In this document: in pieces, positions 26,753 to 39,110 of the stretch
Layout of the letters: each line of letters opens with the position of its first letter
Position numbering within the stretch: the first letter of the stretch is position 1
Assembly (NCBI GenBank): GCA_951406725.2
Contig: OX597817.1
Location: 118,234,001 to 118,298,000, forward strand
Origin: Octopus vulgaris
Lineage: Eukaryota
Length of the DNA: 64,000 nt
Direction: 5' to 3'
The notes under the pieces: model-generated
Seen by the model: the letters and a program-made list of their open reading frames with translations, nothing else
Database searches by the model: none
What the model was told of the DNA's origin: nothing
Program-made: the position numbers and the translations under genes

Positions 26753-28980
26753 GATAGGCTTTTGATCGTCCTCAGGTTATAGTAGAGACACATTTGCTCA
26801 GGTCACTACGCAGCGGGACTGAGCCTGGCGCCATGTGATTGCGAGACGAAATTCTTACCACAATACCACACTTGCTAGTGCATAAGCTTTTTGTATTTCT
26901 ATTTCAAATTTATAATTATGTTAATGGGTTCGCTTTGTAATTAAACATAGTTTGGCAAATGACGGAAGCAGGAAAGTAGAACAAAGTTTATTTGATGTCT
27001 TGCTATGTTCCATTCAGTAAAGATGTTGAAAACTTCCCGTCTTCGATAGCCCTTCCATCTCTCCAAAGATTCGAAATTTAGTAATGAAGTTCAAAAAATG
27101 CATTGATTCTACTATGTTTATTTACTAATCAGGTTGTTGAATCTATCTAAAGCTAGGCACCAGTATCATCTATTTCAATACTATATATTTATATATTGAT
27201 TTCTAGTTTTGTTATACGGCTACATATTGGGAGGCGATGAGAAGCCGAACACATCAACTCCAACTGATAATTATTTAACAATTGGATCAAGGATCAAATT
27301 ACCAAAGTTTTGAATCAATACTTTAGTTTATTAGACGTCCAAGACCTCAACATTTATATTCTCTAGGTGTTTAGGTTTTTATTAATTCATGGTACTGTGT
27401 TTCATCTTGAGAAGTTATACTTAAATCGGTTCTATTATCTTAACTGTCAGAAACAGATACAGTAATTCCGTGTACGTCCTCTATTGTAGACTGACGTTTA
27501 CATATCTAAAACAGAAGAACCAGTCATTTACGTTGATATGGGGAATCAAAAACGGGCATGTAATAATAATAATATCAAATCTTGGTGTTCAAAGATTATC
27601 GACTCTGATCTCTATGTTTAAAACTCTTCTTTTGCAATTATTGAGTAAAATGAGAGTCTGTTTAGTGTCATTAAATGTGTAACGTTACTGCGATAATATT
27701 GACTGTTTACAGAAGCACAACATTTTAATCAAGAGTGTGACACCTTATAATAAAAGCTATTACCATGCTTCAGCATTTAATACACAACTAAATTATTGCC
27801 AACTGAAGATTACATGGATAATAGAACACTCAAATAGAAATTACCTGTAGAAATATTATTTTAAAATAGGATGTATATAATGCACATGAGATTTATTGCC
27901 TTTATTGCATGGATTCGCTTTAGAGTTAAGAGTATAAATACATTAATAAAGCAAATCGAAATTGTTCAAGTCACTATATAGCCGTTTACATAAAACTCAC
28001 TATTTAATTACTGATCTTTATAAATGGAAAATAGATTTTAAATAGATTATACAAGTTTATGAAAGAAAGAAGGAAGAAATGTACAGAACAAATGACGACA
28101 CTTGACATTTCCGAATCTTGTATAAATACTAACAAAAGTGCCTTTAAAATTAAGTGTATTTAATTCACCCAGGATTCAGCTTGAGTACTATAGAACACGT
28201 ATTCTTAATTTGAAACGATATATTTGTTTACTTTGAATTATCGCAAATATTTTACTGAGAATAAAATATGTTGCAGTTAGCGTCCATTTTTCCTAGGTAA
28301 CGTATTTGACTAAATCTAAGCAAATAACTACAAACTACAAAAAAGAAGCAAGGTACCACAGTTGATTTGTTATGAGCTTGAGCTATACTTTACGATGTAT
28401 TCTTTTTTTATATAATCAATTCACTTTTTACACATTATAGTATCGATTAATTCATATATCTCAAAGCCACATGTTGCGAACATTAACGGAGTACTAAAAT
28501 GCTTGATTTCGATCTGCAAATAATCCCTGGTTCGAACATTATTTTCACCGTCCCTTCTTTGAAAGAATAAATACATGAAATACGTCAGACTGATTGAAAA
28601 GTATTGAACAGTTTTCCGATACAAAATTAGCTTTTTAATATTCATTCTATATTATTATTAATACTCTCTCTCAAAAACACTTTAGATAATAGCTAACCAT
28701 ATTTCCTTAATATTAAAGCACAAATGAAAGGAAGGATTATTACAACCATTCTGAAATCTTCTTGTTTCTGTTCGTTAGTAGCATTGAAAATTAGATTATA
28801 TCAAATGTCAATAATCTATAAATGTCCATTATAAGATATATTACTAATAAACCATTAACCTTGAGGTCACGGTACGCGAAAGATATGTATCATAAAATGT
28901 CAAATCGGGACTAATTAGATTTTTTTATAGATACGAATTATAAACCTCATTAGAATATATACGTATACATACATACATAT

Positions 28981-29043
<63 letters not shown>

Positions 29044-29599
29044 TGTGTGCGTGTTTGTATGTATGTATATAATGAACATATTCTCAGATGGAAGATGTAA
29101 CTATTTTTTTTATTTTAGATGAATGCAAGCATGAGATTAATATAACTAAATATTACGCAAGTTAGTGTTAAACATTTTTACAACCATCATTAAATCCTAA
29201 GCTATCTAAAGTTAAATATACGATGAGTAAAAAGAGTATGTGTTAGACTTTTGTGAAATATTTTCGTCATGTATTAGAAATAATTCTGAACATATTTTTG
29301 GTATTACTAATGTCTTCGGTGAAAATTAACTACTGCACCTGCCGAAATGGTCATCAGGGAATTAAAAAAGTTAATGCACACTGAATAAATGTATATTTCT
29401 TGATCTATAAAGCTATCATTGTTAATGGTTGTCTGCATTCGATATTTATAGAAGAAATCTGAATCATAAACATCTATAGTATCGTTACAAAATTCAAGGC
29501 AGCTGCAATTCTGAACAGGATTGATTTGGAAAAGGTTTATTTAGTGCAAGATCCATAAAGGAAACGTGTGTGTTTGCCTGGTCTCTCCTTTGGACTTCA

Positions 29600-30480
29600 T
29601 TGTATGGTTATACACAATAACGTGCCTGATATATTTCTTACAGATGAAACGAGGAGAAGCAGAACTCAATAATGCAGCAAACAAGTTGGTAAGTAAATAT
29701 TTGCTGAACAGTTGATTGCCCTAGTTTTTTATAGAATGAAACCGACTTCAGCATTTGAGTGGTCTTTACTTTATCGACACTCCAAGAAAAAAGGGAGAGC
29801 AAAGTTTTCCTTGGCAGGATTGGATTCAAAATGTAAGGGCTGTATAGTCGAATCCTGCATATAAAAGCCTTCGGCAATGCTAAAGTTTGCAGTATCTGAG
29901 TTCTATTCAAACGTTCGTGATGAGGCAATTTAGACCTGTAGAATACTGGTTTGTGTACCAGAAGTGACTTTGTCGAAATAGTAGCTTTGTTAAAGTGTTA
30001 GAATAAGTGTCGGGACTAGGCGACTGCGTACACTGGGTGTTGAGCAAAATGTAATGGAAAAAATCTCATGATGGCGCAGTGCTGAGCTGAAGGATGAAGT
30101 TGCTTCCTTTTCTCTGTATGGAGGCTTATTACAAATCAAAATTTATTTTTACTTAGATGTTAGCTATTCTATTCGCGAGTGTGATGCGATTAATAAGATG
30201 AAGAACTTGGAATTTGTATGATGCACGAAGATATTCCTCTCTTCTTTATAGACATTGAAGTGATAAATATGAGTTTCCTAGTACAAGATGTCACAGTTTC
30301 CTTTGAAGGAGATCTGACTGATATTTGAAGCAATTGTAGCAACATGAATCGGTTCTTTTATTTGTTCTTTACGCAGGTGTACTGTCAGAGTGCAAGTGTG
30401 AGTGAAACACTCGGGGACTTGATGCAGTAATCGCTGAATATACGGGGATTGTAAAGTGAAATAAATAAGTTTAACCATCA
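29600..30480 (-). mobile_element. Possible very old CR1/L2-like LINE remnant
   Basis: Only weak resemblance (TYQLVCCIIEFCFSS to the LY..LVRP.LEYC.S motif). Confidence 0.25.
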
Positions 30481-30949
30481 TGAAGTCTGTATGTTCTCTG
30501 TGTAGCTGTCGTTGAACTGGGATTTATCCACCCAGTTTCTTTATTTGGTGTAAATAAAGGAGTTATAATATCGTATCATGTTTTGGTACAATAAGCGGAC
30601 TTCACTGTTTCTGTTAACATTTGTCAGGTGATCCAGTGAATGTAGTAACGATGATGGATATGGAAAGTGAAATAATAATAATAGGACATTACTGTTGTCT
30701 GTTTAAGACGTCGGTGTATGGATTAAAGAAATGGTAAAAAAATGAATGAAAATAATTATGATTATATACAATGGCACGAGCTTAATAATATGGTAGCAGT
30801 ATTTACAGGCGGTGGGTATTTTGTACAAACTGCGTACAATTCAGAATTTTAACATGCAAGAACAATCGGCTAAAAGATTATAAACTAATATTGTAATAAA
30901 ACCGTAGGAAATCGAATGAAATGATAGGGTCAAAATGGAAGAACTTGAA

Positions 30950-32700
30950 GATCAGCGACCGATTAATGAGAGCAGATCAATATCACTTTTAATTCAAAAG
31001 AAAAATCTTTTCTGTTATGTCGGCGATAAGTATTTGAATATGTCAGTTCAGAAGGAATGCATCGTGGGAGTGTCGTATTGTGTAGAACATGTCTCAATGT
31101 TCTGAGAGGCAACTCAAAGAGCTAGAGCAGAAAAGAGAAATATTTATGTCGTATGGTTCGATCTGAAGAATGCCTACGATTTGGTCACACACATACTGAT
31201 TCAACTACTCCAAAGACAATCGAGAAAAATTGGAAAGTTATTTTCGTGGTTTCACTATGCTATTCTCCCCCAAAGAGTAACAACCGCCAGAATCAACTTG
31301 GCTGTAAACATAGCAATGGAGCGTGTACTCCCTTGTATAATGTTTATGTTGGCAACAGAGGACGTCTTGAGGGCAGCAAAGTGATGGTCAGCTCCAACAG
31401 AACATGGAGAGGAGAGATTTTGGAAACCACCTCTAACAGCCTTCATAGACAACACCACAGTCCTTTCCACGATAAGCGGAACCAATCGTGTTCAACGCTC
31501 CCAATCACAATATCACCAAAATGGCTGAGAAATCAGACAAAGCTTCAGAAGGTTATATGAAGATTATATGACGACCCCTGAAAGATACGAAAAAGGGAAC
31601 CGAAGCCCAAAAATAGCGGAAAGTATTCGTAAGGTTATAGAATAGTGTGGCCACTCTGGCAAACACAAGGTTTGGTGTTTGCAGTTCAAGTTTAATCCCA
31701 AAGATTTTCTAGCCTCTGCTGATTTAGTATGTTACTACTAACAAAGTGGAAGATATGGAAGTCAAAATCAGAAAGTGTAAGGAAGTTGCTTAGTGTTCCA
31801 GCGGCCTTGCCGATATTGCACTCTAACTGTTGCTCTGCAAAGCTGGAGATACATCTCAAGTCCATAGTTGAGGAATACAAAGTCGGTAAAGCAAAACACT
31901 AAACCATTCTTTAGGAAGCGAAAGACAAAGCCGTAAGGCATTCTCTTCCTTTTTTTACACGCCTAATGGAAACCTTTCGGAGAAATAATTATTTCTCTGA
32001 TCATAATGAGACACACTGAAACCAAATGGAATGGTAATCAGAAGCCAAGGGAAAGTTGAAGAAAGATCTGATTTTACGGCAGATAATCAGAGGAGAAATC
32101 TGATTTTTCTTATGCCATAATAATCTGGAAGCAAGCCCATCGGGACTACTGGACCCTATAATGTCCTGCCATCGAATAAAACCTAGAAGTAAAAGCAGGT
32201 GCTGAAGAGATCGTACACGTGATATGGAGGCAATAGTAAAAACAGAAACTCTAACAATATTCTACATGGGAGGAGGCAGCAAATCATGTCAAGGCGGAAC
32301 TATACCATACAGGGCATGGTGGTGCGGAGGATCTGGAGTGTTCAGCAGACTTTCCAAGATCAATAGACAATCAGAAACCATCAGGAAGTGAAGTTTGAGG
32401 CGGGAAACCATACACCATTCCAGTTGATCAATGCAAATGAGTTTAATTGAATTCACCGTGCTTTTAAAAAATTGAATAGAAGAAGCAAACGTGTTCATGA
32501 CCGAAGAATATGCCATTCTGGCCAATAACCACCGTCCGAATCAAGGATCTCGCCATAGAAATTGGATCCGGGGGTTTTGTGGCAAATATGATTAGGTTCG
32601 TCTCTGAGAAGAACAGGACGAAAGCCCTAACGGCAATATCAGAGGAAAGGTTAATGTTTCCGGTTTGATCTGGTTGAGGAGGAACACAACGACCTCCATA
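30950..32700 (+). mobile_element. Decayed Hero-like (RLE) non-LTR retrotransposon
   Basis: Across frameshifts: SVQKECIVGVSYCVEH, VVWFDLKNAYDLVTH, PLTAFIDNTTV, GKHKVWCLQF, LKSIVEEYKVGK, and the RLE region LIEFTV..IEEAN..LAIEIGSGGFVA. Confidence 0.75.
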
Positions 32701-34082
32701 CTGTTTGAAGGCAATATTTTTTCGTATTTTAATGTCTAGAGAAATAAAACCTGAGTGAGACATTGTGATAGCGTTGGTGCTTCATCGCTATCATGACAAC
32801 AAACGTTATTACTTCTTTAAAGATGAGGTTGGAAGCTGAGTCAACTGAGAGGAGTTACAAGCAGATAAAATGCACGCTTTTGATATGCAAATGGTTAAAA
32901 GTGTTAGCAATAGAGTACGTGTGTGTCATAAACTGGATGCAGTCCCACCCCTTACCGTGTAAGGATTTAAGGACCAAAACATTTGCCTCGGGTGGGTTTC
33001 GTCTCTGAAGACCTTCTGCTGTTCAGTTCTCTTGAGGGTTTCTTACCATTCACAACAGGAGCATTTACAAGTAGTGTGTATTTTTACTTCAAAACTACGT
33101 ACATTTCAGACTTTTAGCAGGAACAATTGGCTTGAATATTATATATTATATACTAATATTGTTATAAAAAAGGAAGGGAACTGAATTAAATGATATATAC
33201 CTCAAAGTTAGGAATATACTTATTTACTTTTCATGTGCTTGTTGTCGATAATATGTGTCAAGGAATTTACTGCATCTTAAACATTAAACTAGGCTTTCCA
33301 AGCATTCTGTTGAATGGCTTTGAGCCAAAAAGAGATACTATATAGTTCTTACATCAATATAATGTAGTGCAATTGAATGGATTTGGAGGAGCACATTGAA
33401 TCAAATCCCATCAAGCATGTGCATCCTTTCACATTTCTGAAACAGAATTGTGTATGAAATTTTGTTATACACAAAATATCTCAACTTGTTTTCGTTTATG
33501 CTTATTTCTGACATCCATTATTTTGTTAGATTATATGTATGTGGAGGACACATCAAGAATATAACTATTGATCAAATAGCTTTGTTGTAGGCTTTTATTC
33601 TCCTCTAAATCATTGCATTCTCTTCTAGATACAGCATCAGTATTGTAACCATGCTACCAAAAATTACAGTTATTCAAGGTACACGTTTCCATTATACATC
33701 TTACATTTGCAGTGCTTTACTATTAACATTAAGCATTGTGTGATAAACACCGGAGAGTACTTTTTCTGGTTCTACATACAGAAGAGTGTGTTTGTGTAAG
33801 GGTTATATATAAATATATTGTACGTGTGTATGAGCGTGTGTTTGTGTGCATATATCTACATATATATATTAGAAATATTGAATTTCAAAATGTCTCAAAG
33901 AGACATGGGCAGTGGTGGAGCGATAGAGTGGTTGTATACTGTCAACATAACGTGACAGTCCCGTAAGGGAATTACACCAACGCAATTTAGCCCTAGGAAG
34001 CATCGTAGTGTGTCCTTATACATTACCTGTGTCCTTATATTTGCGAAGGGGATGCAAGCACGCCCACCCGCTAGGATTCACA

Positions 34083-34127
34083 CCTGAAGAATGCATGTTT
34101 CTGGGTCTTACCCGTCATCAGTCCAGG
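34083..34127 (-). ncRNA. Type I hammerhead ribozyme motif
   Basis: Minus strand: cctgga-CTGATGA-c-gggt-aag-accc-a-GAAAC-atgca-TTC-ttcagg. Confidence 0.75.
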
Positions 34128-34146
34128 ATAGCGAGTCCTGCTAGTT

Positions 34147-35837
34147 AAAATCTTTATTATAGGCACAATGGCCTGAATGAAGAGGGGACATAACAATACA
34201 ATACAGGACATGGGGTACATATAACAAAAATACAAAAAGGATGATATGAACTGAAATATTAATAATGAATTAAATGAAATGGCTTACGAGCCCCCCAAAG
34301 CTCGCAGTTTCATTTACAATTACAGTTGTACTATCTAGAGTATTCGTCAGTAATGTAAACGAGTAATTCATCCTGTTCAATAACGCAGGGCAAACTGTTA
34401 TATCGAACGTAGTGCGCTATGCACACAGCTGTATTTGTAAACAAATTTATTAATTTATTTACCGTCTCTTTATACACAATTGCAGCCTTTATTTGGTTAT
34501 CGTATATCCTCGGGATCAATTTCACTCTCGTTATATTTTTCATTATCGCTAATTTTTTCTCAATTTCATTATCCTTTTTGTACAACATTACAGCTTTGAG
34601 GTTTTTTACCTTTGGATCTTCCTCCTTCCTTGCATGTTTTCAGACATTCTTCCACTTTTGTTGACCATTCTTTCGTTTCATCCCACGTTGAACCTTCACT
34701 CACTTTAGTTGCTGTATCTCTCCCTTCGTGCGTCCTCTCCTCTGTCTCGTCGGCAGACTTCTTTTTACTTTTTTACTTTTTTGGTGTTTGGGTGGTGATT
34801 CCACCCTTGTTTGCTTTCTATCTTCTTTTTCTTCTGCTCTTTACTTTTCTTTCTCTTTCACTAACTCATCGCCACTTTCCGCATTATCTGTTCTCACGAT
34901 TTCCTCTTCCGAATGCAATTCCACATTCTCCTTTTTTAACTCCTCAGTCAAAGCCTCCATTCCTTCCTCCAGTGTTATCGTCTTCTCTTGTATTTCTCTT
35001 TGAGGACACACATCCTTCATGTTCCCTCTGCTCTTACATTTATAACACACTGGAGGTCTCCCCTCTACCACGACTCTCAGTCGTGTCTCGTCGGGGATCA
35101 CCAACTCCTCCGGGACAAATCTGGCATGTTATACAAATCTGGCATGGTTATGTGGACTGAAGCTTGCACCGCATAACCCCACCAGTTTATTTCTTTCGAT
35201 TTTTCCCTCTTAAGAATGTCCACGCTCTCTTTGCTATTGTATATTATTGCAGCTACTATTCTTTCTGTATCAAGCTCCGGTGAGATTTTGCTTATTCGTA
35301 TTCTCATTGCTCTTTTTCCACAATAACTGGGAAGTAGAACCCATTTTTCCAATCTCAACACTGTCGTTGGGTTCTTCTTCGCTTCGTCTTCATTTTCAAA
35401 ATGAACGTCTACCGTAGCGTATTTTCTACCTCTATTGTAGAAGGTAGTTCTTCCTTTAATTTCCTGTAGACATTTCTCAATCTTTTCCACCTCTGCTACT
35501 TCTATTCTCTTTGAGATCACATTCCAAGTTCTGTGTGTTATGATTTTTTTCTCCGCTTCTTTCACATCTTCAGGTGGTGTAACCCTCAGACAGTCTCCTT
35601 CCTTCTTGAAGCTGTCGTACTATTTCCTCAAATTTTCCTTCTCGATATTTATTTCTTCCAACTGTAATTCGTTCGCAGCCAGGCCCTTGCCTGCTGCTCC
35701 CGCATAAGTTTGGTCTTGCATACCCAACAAAGAATTCAACAATTATAGCGTTCAACACGACACAACAGTTTTCAACAACAATAATCAGCAAAATTCAACT
35801 CACAACCGCAAACCGACAAACCGACACAAACACTTCC
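34147..35837 (-). mobile_element. ORF1-only (HAL1-like) non-autonomous L1/Tx1-type retroelement
   Basis: 16-bp TSD gcgag(t/c)cctgctagtt at 34131-34146 and 35838-35853. AATAAA at the 3' end. One decayed ORF with a zinc knuckle; no RT or endonuclease. Confidence 0.75.
34331..35721 (-). pseudogene. L1/Tx1-like ORF1 (Gag-like) protein, disrupted
   Basis: ATG at 35721 (MQDQTYAGAAG) is in frame with ORF 35098-35565 across one stop. RVVVEGRPPVCYKCKSRGNMKDVCP is a CCHC knuckle with H>N, followed by a charged tail; ends ..DEYSR* at 34331. Confidence 0.75.
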
Positions 35838-36041
35838 GCGAGCCCTGCTAGTTGAGATACCTGCCTAGCCTTCGCAAATATATATATTTACAGTGTAAAC
35901 TATTCAGTGGTCACCGTAATTAGAAATATTGAATTTCTAAATGTGTCAAAGAGACATGAGCGGTGGTGGAGCGATAGAGTGGTTGTATACTGTCAACATA
36001 ACGTGACAGTCCCGTAAGGCAATTACACCACCTGTTTATAC

Positions 36042-36093
<52 letters not shown>

Positions 36094-36098
<5 letters not shown>

Positions 36099-36180
36099 GT
36101 AAAGTATAGAAGCCATCTTAATATGGCTAACCACATAGGGGAGGGTTAGCCATATTAAGATGCTTCATACTTTACATTAT
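36094..36180. repeat. 87-bp hairpin adjacent to a TA tract
   Basis: ataatgtaaagtatagaagccatcttaatatggctaacc pairs with ggttagccatattaagatgcttcatactttacattat. Confidence 0.9.
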
Positions 36181-36216
36181 CGAGCGATTACTGTTTACGT
36201 CTCATTCTGAGATTAA

Positions 36217-36299
<83 letters not shown>

Positions 36300-36303
<4 letters not shown>

Positions 36304-37060
36304 AATAGAAGTTGAAAATGAAATGAGAATAGAATATTTTTTTTTATATTTAAAATTTTAACCGGTTTCACACTTTACAATGATTTCAAATAGTTCAAAT
36401 AGAAAGAAATGGATTATGTTGCATCTGTCTTGCTTCTGACTAGTGTCTGAAGCTTGCCTTAATTTTATAGGGAGGTAATTGGTAAAATTAGTATATGTTT
36501 TGAATAGGATTTGATTGGTAGAGGATGGTTACATAACTTGTCTTGGAAATTTTTGTAGATTCCCCGGTACGTTCGTCTGTTAGTATTAAGTGACAATGTT
36601 TTGCGTCGTAAGTTAAGCCTGACACGGTCGACTGAACATATCCAAACAATCAGTGTTCTGAATGTTTTCTGTCAATTGTTTGTAGAGAATAAATGCAAGA
36701 TTATTTTTATAAATTTTTGTACGCTTCCTGTTATGTTCGTACGTTCCCACTACGTTCCTGCTACAGTTCACAGAAACACTTGACAGAAAACGTACAAAAA
36801 TGTCTAAGACCAGTCATGGGGCTATCGTTTATGAATCAAATCCTATTCAAAGCATATACTAATTTGAGCCATGAACTCACTATAAAGATACGGCCAGCTT
36901 CAAAAACTAGTCAGAAGCAAGACAGCTGAGACATAAACCACATTTTTCTTTTTGAACCTTCTGAAAATCAGTTTAAACTGTGAAACCGATTAAAGTTTTA
37001 CTTATTTTAATAAAAAATGTTTTAACTATTCTCAGTGTATTTTCAACTTCTATTTCCTCG
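36300..37060. repeat. Diverged ~270-bp inverted repeats of Penelope pLTR type carrying HHR remnants
   Basis: ctgtcttgcttctgactag pairs with ctagtcagaagcaagacag; ttgaataggatttgatt pairs with aatcaaatcctattcaa. HHR-like aacctt-CTGAAAA-tcagt-ttaa-actgt-GAAAC-cga-TTA-aagtt at 36955-36997. Confidence 0.75.
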
Positions 37061-37117
37061 ATATTTCTACCCGTGTGGAATAAAATAACTTTTAATAAAA
37101 TAACTATATATATATAC

Positions 37118-37156
<39 letters not shown>

Positions 37157-37390
37157 AGAGAGCGATAGAAGAAGGATATAGATATAAATGTACATATATA
37201 TATATATATATATACGTTTAAATATTTGTTGTGCAAGATTTTTTATGTGAAGTCGTGTGTTGAAACAGATATTGTTATATTTCGGAATGGTCATATTGCC
37301 AGTTTAGCCAATAAAAACACACGCACTATATATTTGGTGTTATTTTGCATCAGTGTTATTTATTTTTTACGTTAATCTTAATCTTATTTC

Positions 37391-37434
37391 GGCCAGAGTT
37401 CTTTCGTCACACTTCTGTGACCGCATCAGTGGTC
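37391..37434 (-). ncRNA. Hammerhead variant in the 3' pLTR of the Penelope element
   Basis: Minus strand: gacca-CTGATGC-g-gtcac-agaagt-gtgac-GAAA-g-aa-CTC-tggcc. Confidence 0.65.
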
Positions 37435-37714
37435 CTTTGTTTTCTTGTTTCTTATTCGTGTCTCTCCTTACTAACCGTCAGCCATTTTGTATTTCTATTG
37501 TATGTCTTCATTTGCGCATGCTTATATCTCTATGTGCGTCTATATTTATTTAGTGTGTATGTGGGGGGATGCCTGTAATATTTGTATATTCTGTTTATAT
37601 ACGTTCATGTGTTTACATCCACTTATTATTATCATTACGTATGCTTGTATGTATGTATGTATGTATGTATGTATGTATAACAACAATACTAGTAATAATA
37701 ATAATAAATCGAAT

Positions 37715-37770
<56 letters not shown>

Positions 37771-37828
37771 TTTATTTCTATTTGTTTATTTATCTGTGTA
37801 TTTATTATGTTTTCGGGATCCTCTATCG

Positions 37829-39108
37829 TCATATGTTGTGGTGTGTGCTAGTGCTCCATTCTAGTTTTCTATTCAGGCTAGGTTTATTTTCTATTATGTG
37901 TGTAGCTTCTGTAATTTGTCTAATTGTTGCATCTGTTCTATGTGTGGACAATATTTTAATTTCTATGTTATTGATTGATCCCCTATGTTCCTGTTCGGCG
38001 TGTTGGTACATAATCGGTGAGCTTTTACCTTCCTTGAGTTGTCTCCAATTGTCATTTACCCGCTCTCCTATGCTTCTTGCCGTTTCCCCTTCGTATGTCG
38101 TTGTCTTGTTACTGCATCGTCCCTCTATACATCTTATACTATAGACTACATTTCTGGCTTTACAGTTTGTTTGTGGACTAAATCTACATACAATACAGTA
38201 CTTATCCGTACAGGGGGTTCTACTAAAAGGATATGTTCTACCAATTATAGATTTGATAGGGTTGCCTGGCTTTTCAACAACCTTAATTCTTAGCTTAAGT
38301 TTGTCTATGGTCCTTCTAAAGCGGTACGCCAGTTCACCTCCAGGGGTGGTGTCAACGAACATGTCACTCTGGTATTTATGGCTATCATACCAAGAGTTGA
38401 CCTTCCCTATTTTCTTTTTTGTCCTTTCTATAGTGTTCCATGACTTGTTCCTATAGAGTGGGCAATCCCATTCCTATCATTAGATAATATATTATCTAAT
38501 TTCTTCATGGCTCCTTTGTATACTCTCATCCTTTCTTTATGGCTGTAACCTGAGAACTGCATGCAGTGAATGAAATATTGTATGTGTCTCTTTAACTCTG
38601 TGGGCTCGCACATGCGTGACACATTTCTCATTATTCTGACGAGGTCTTCCATCAAAATATTGAATTTGGCATTGTCCGCAATGGTTGAGTTCCGGTGGAT
38701 CAAGTGTTTTGAGGCCATAGGTTTGGCATAGTATGAATGAAGGATTTGGGTTTTATTATTCACAATTTCTAGCCAGAGTTCAGTGTCTAGTACTGGTAGT
38801 CTATGGTTGGGGTGTTTAGTGGGGTAGTCTATTGTGACCTTAATACTCTGGTGGATGGAGTTACCTATTTGCTGGATGCTCTCCAGAGTATTAGTTTCTA
38901 TTACTATATCAACATTACTCTCTTGTGGTGGTGCCTTTACCACTATGTTGATATCATCAACATAGCGAGAGTACATGTTTACGAGTATAGAGTTCTGTGT
39001 TAGGCGTTCTATAAGCCTTCTATCCCACCATACCATGAAAAGGTTGGCCACATCACCAGCGATACTAACGCCGATGGCTGCCCCCATCGTCCTGGGCATA
39101 TATTTTAT
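37829..39108 (-). pseudogene. Penelope-like RT (3' part), linker and GIY-YIG endonuclease, frameshifted
   Basis: GAAIG..ANLFM..YSRYVDDI..LPVLD, then PCTDKYCIVC..NCKARNVVYSIRC..YEGETARSIGER..EATHI..PSLNRKLEW. Frameshifts near 39087 and 38460. Confidence 0.93.
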
Positions 39109-39110
39109 GT

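Larger units (their letters stand above)
33868..36029 (-). mobile_element. Retrozyme/Penelope pLTR-like unit (~340 bp plus ~110-bp terminal redundancy), split by a 1.7-kb insertion
   Basis: 33868-33979 is repeated at ~35918-36029. An HHR lies inside, enclosed by tatatttgcgaagg (34036) and ccttcgcaaatata (35869). TA tracts flank both sides. Confidence 0.7.
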
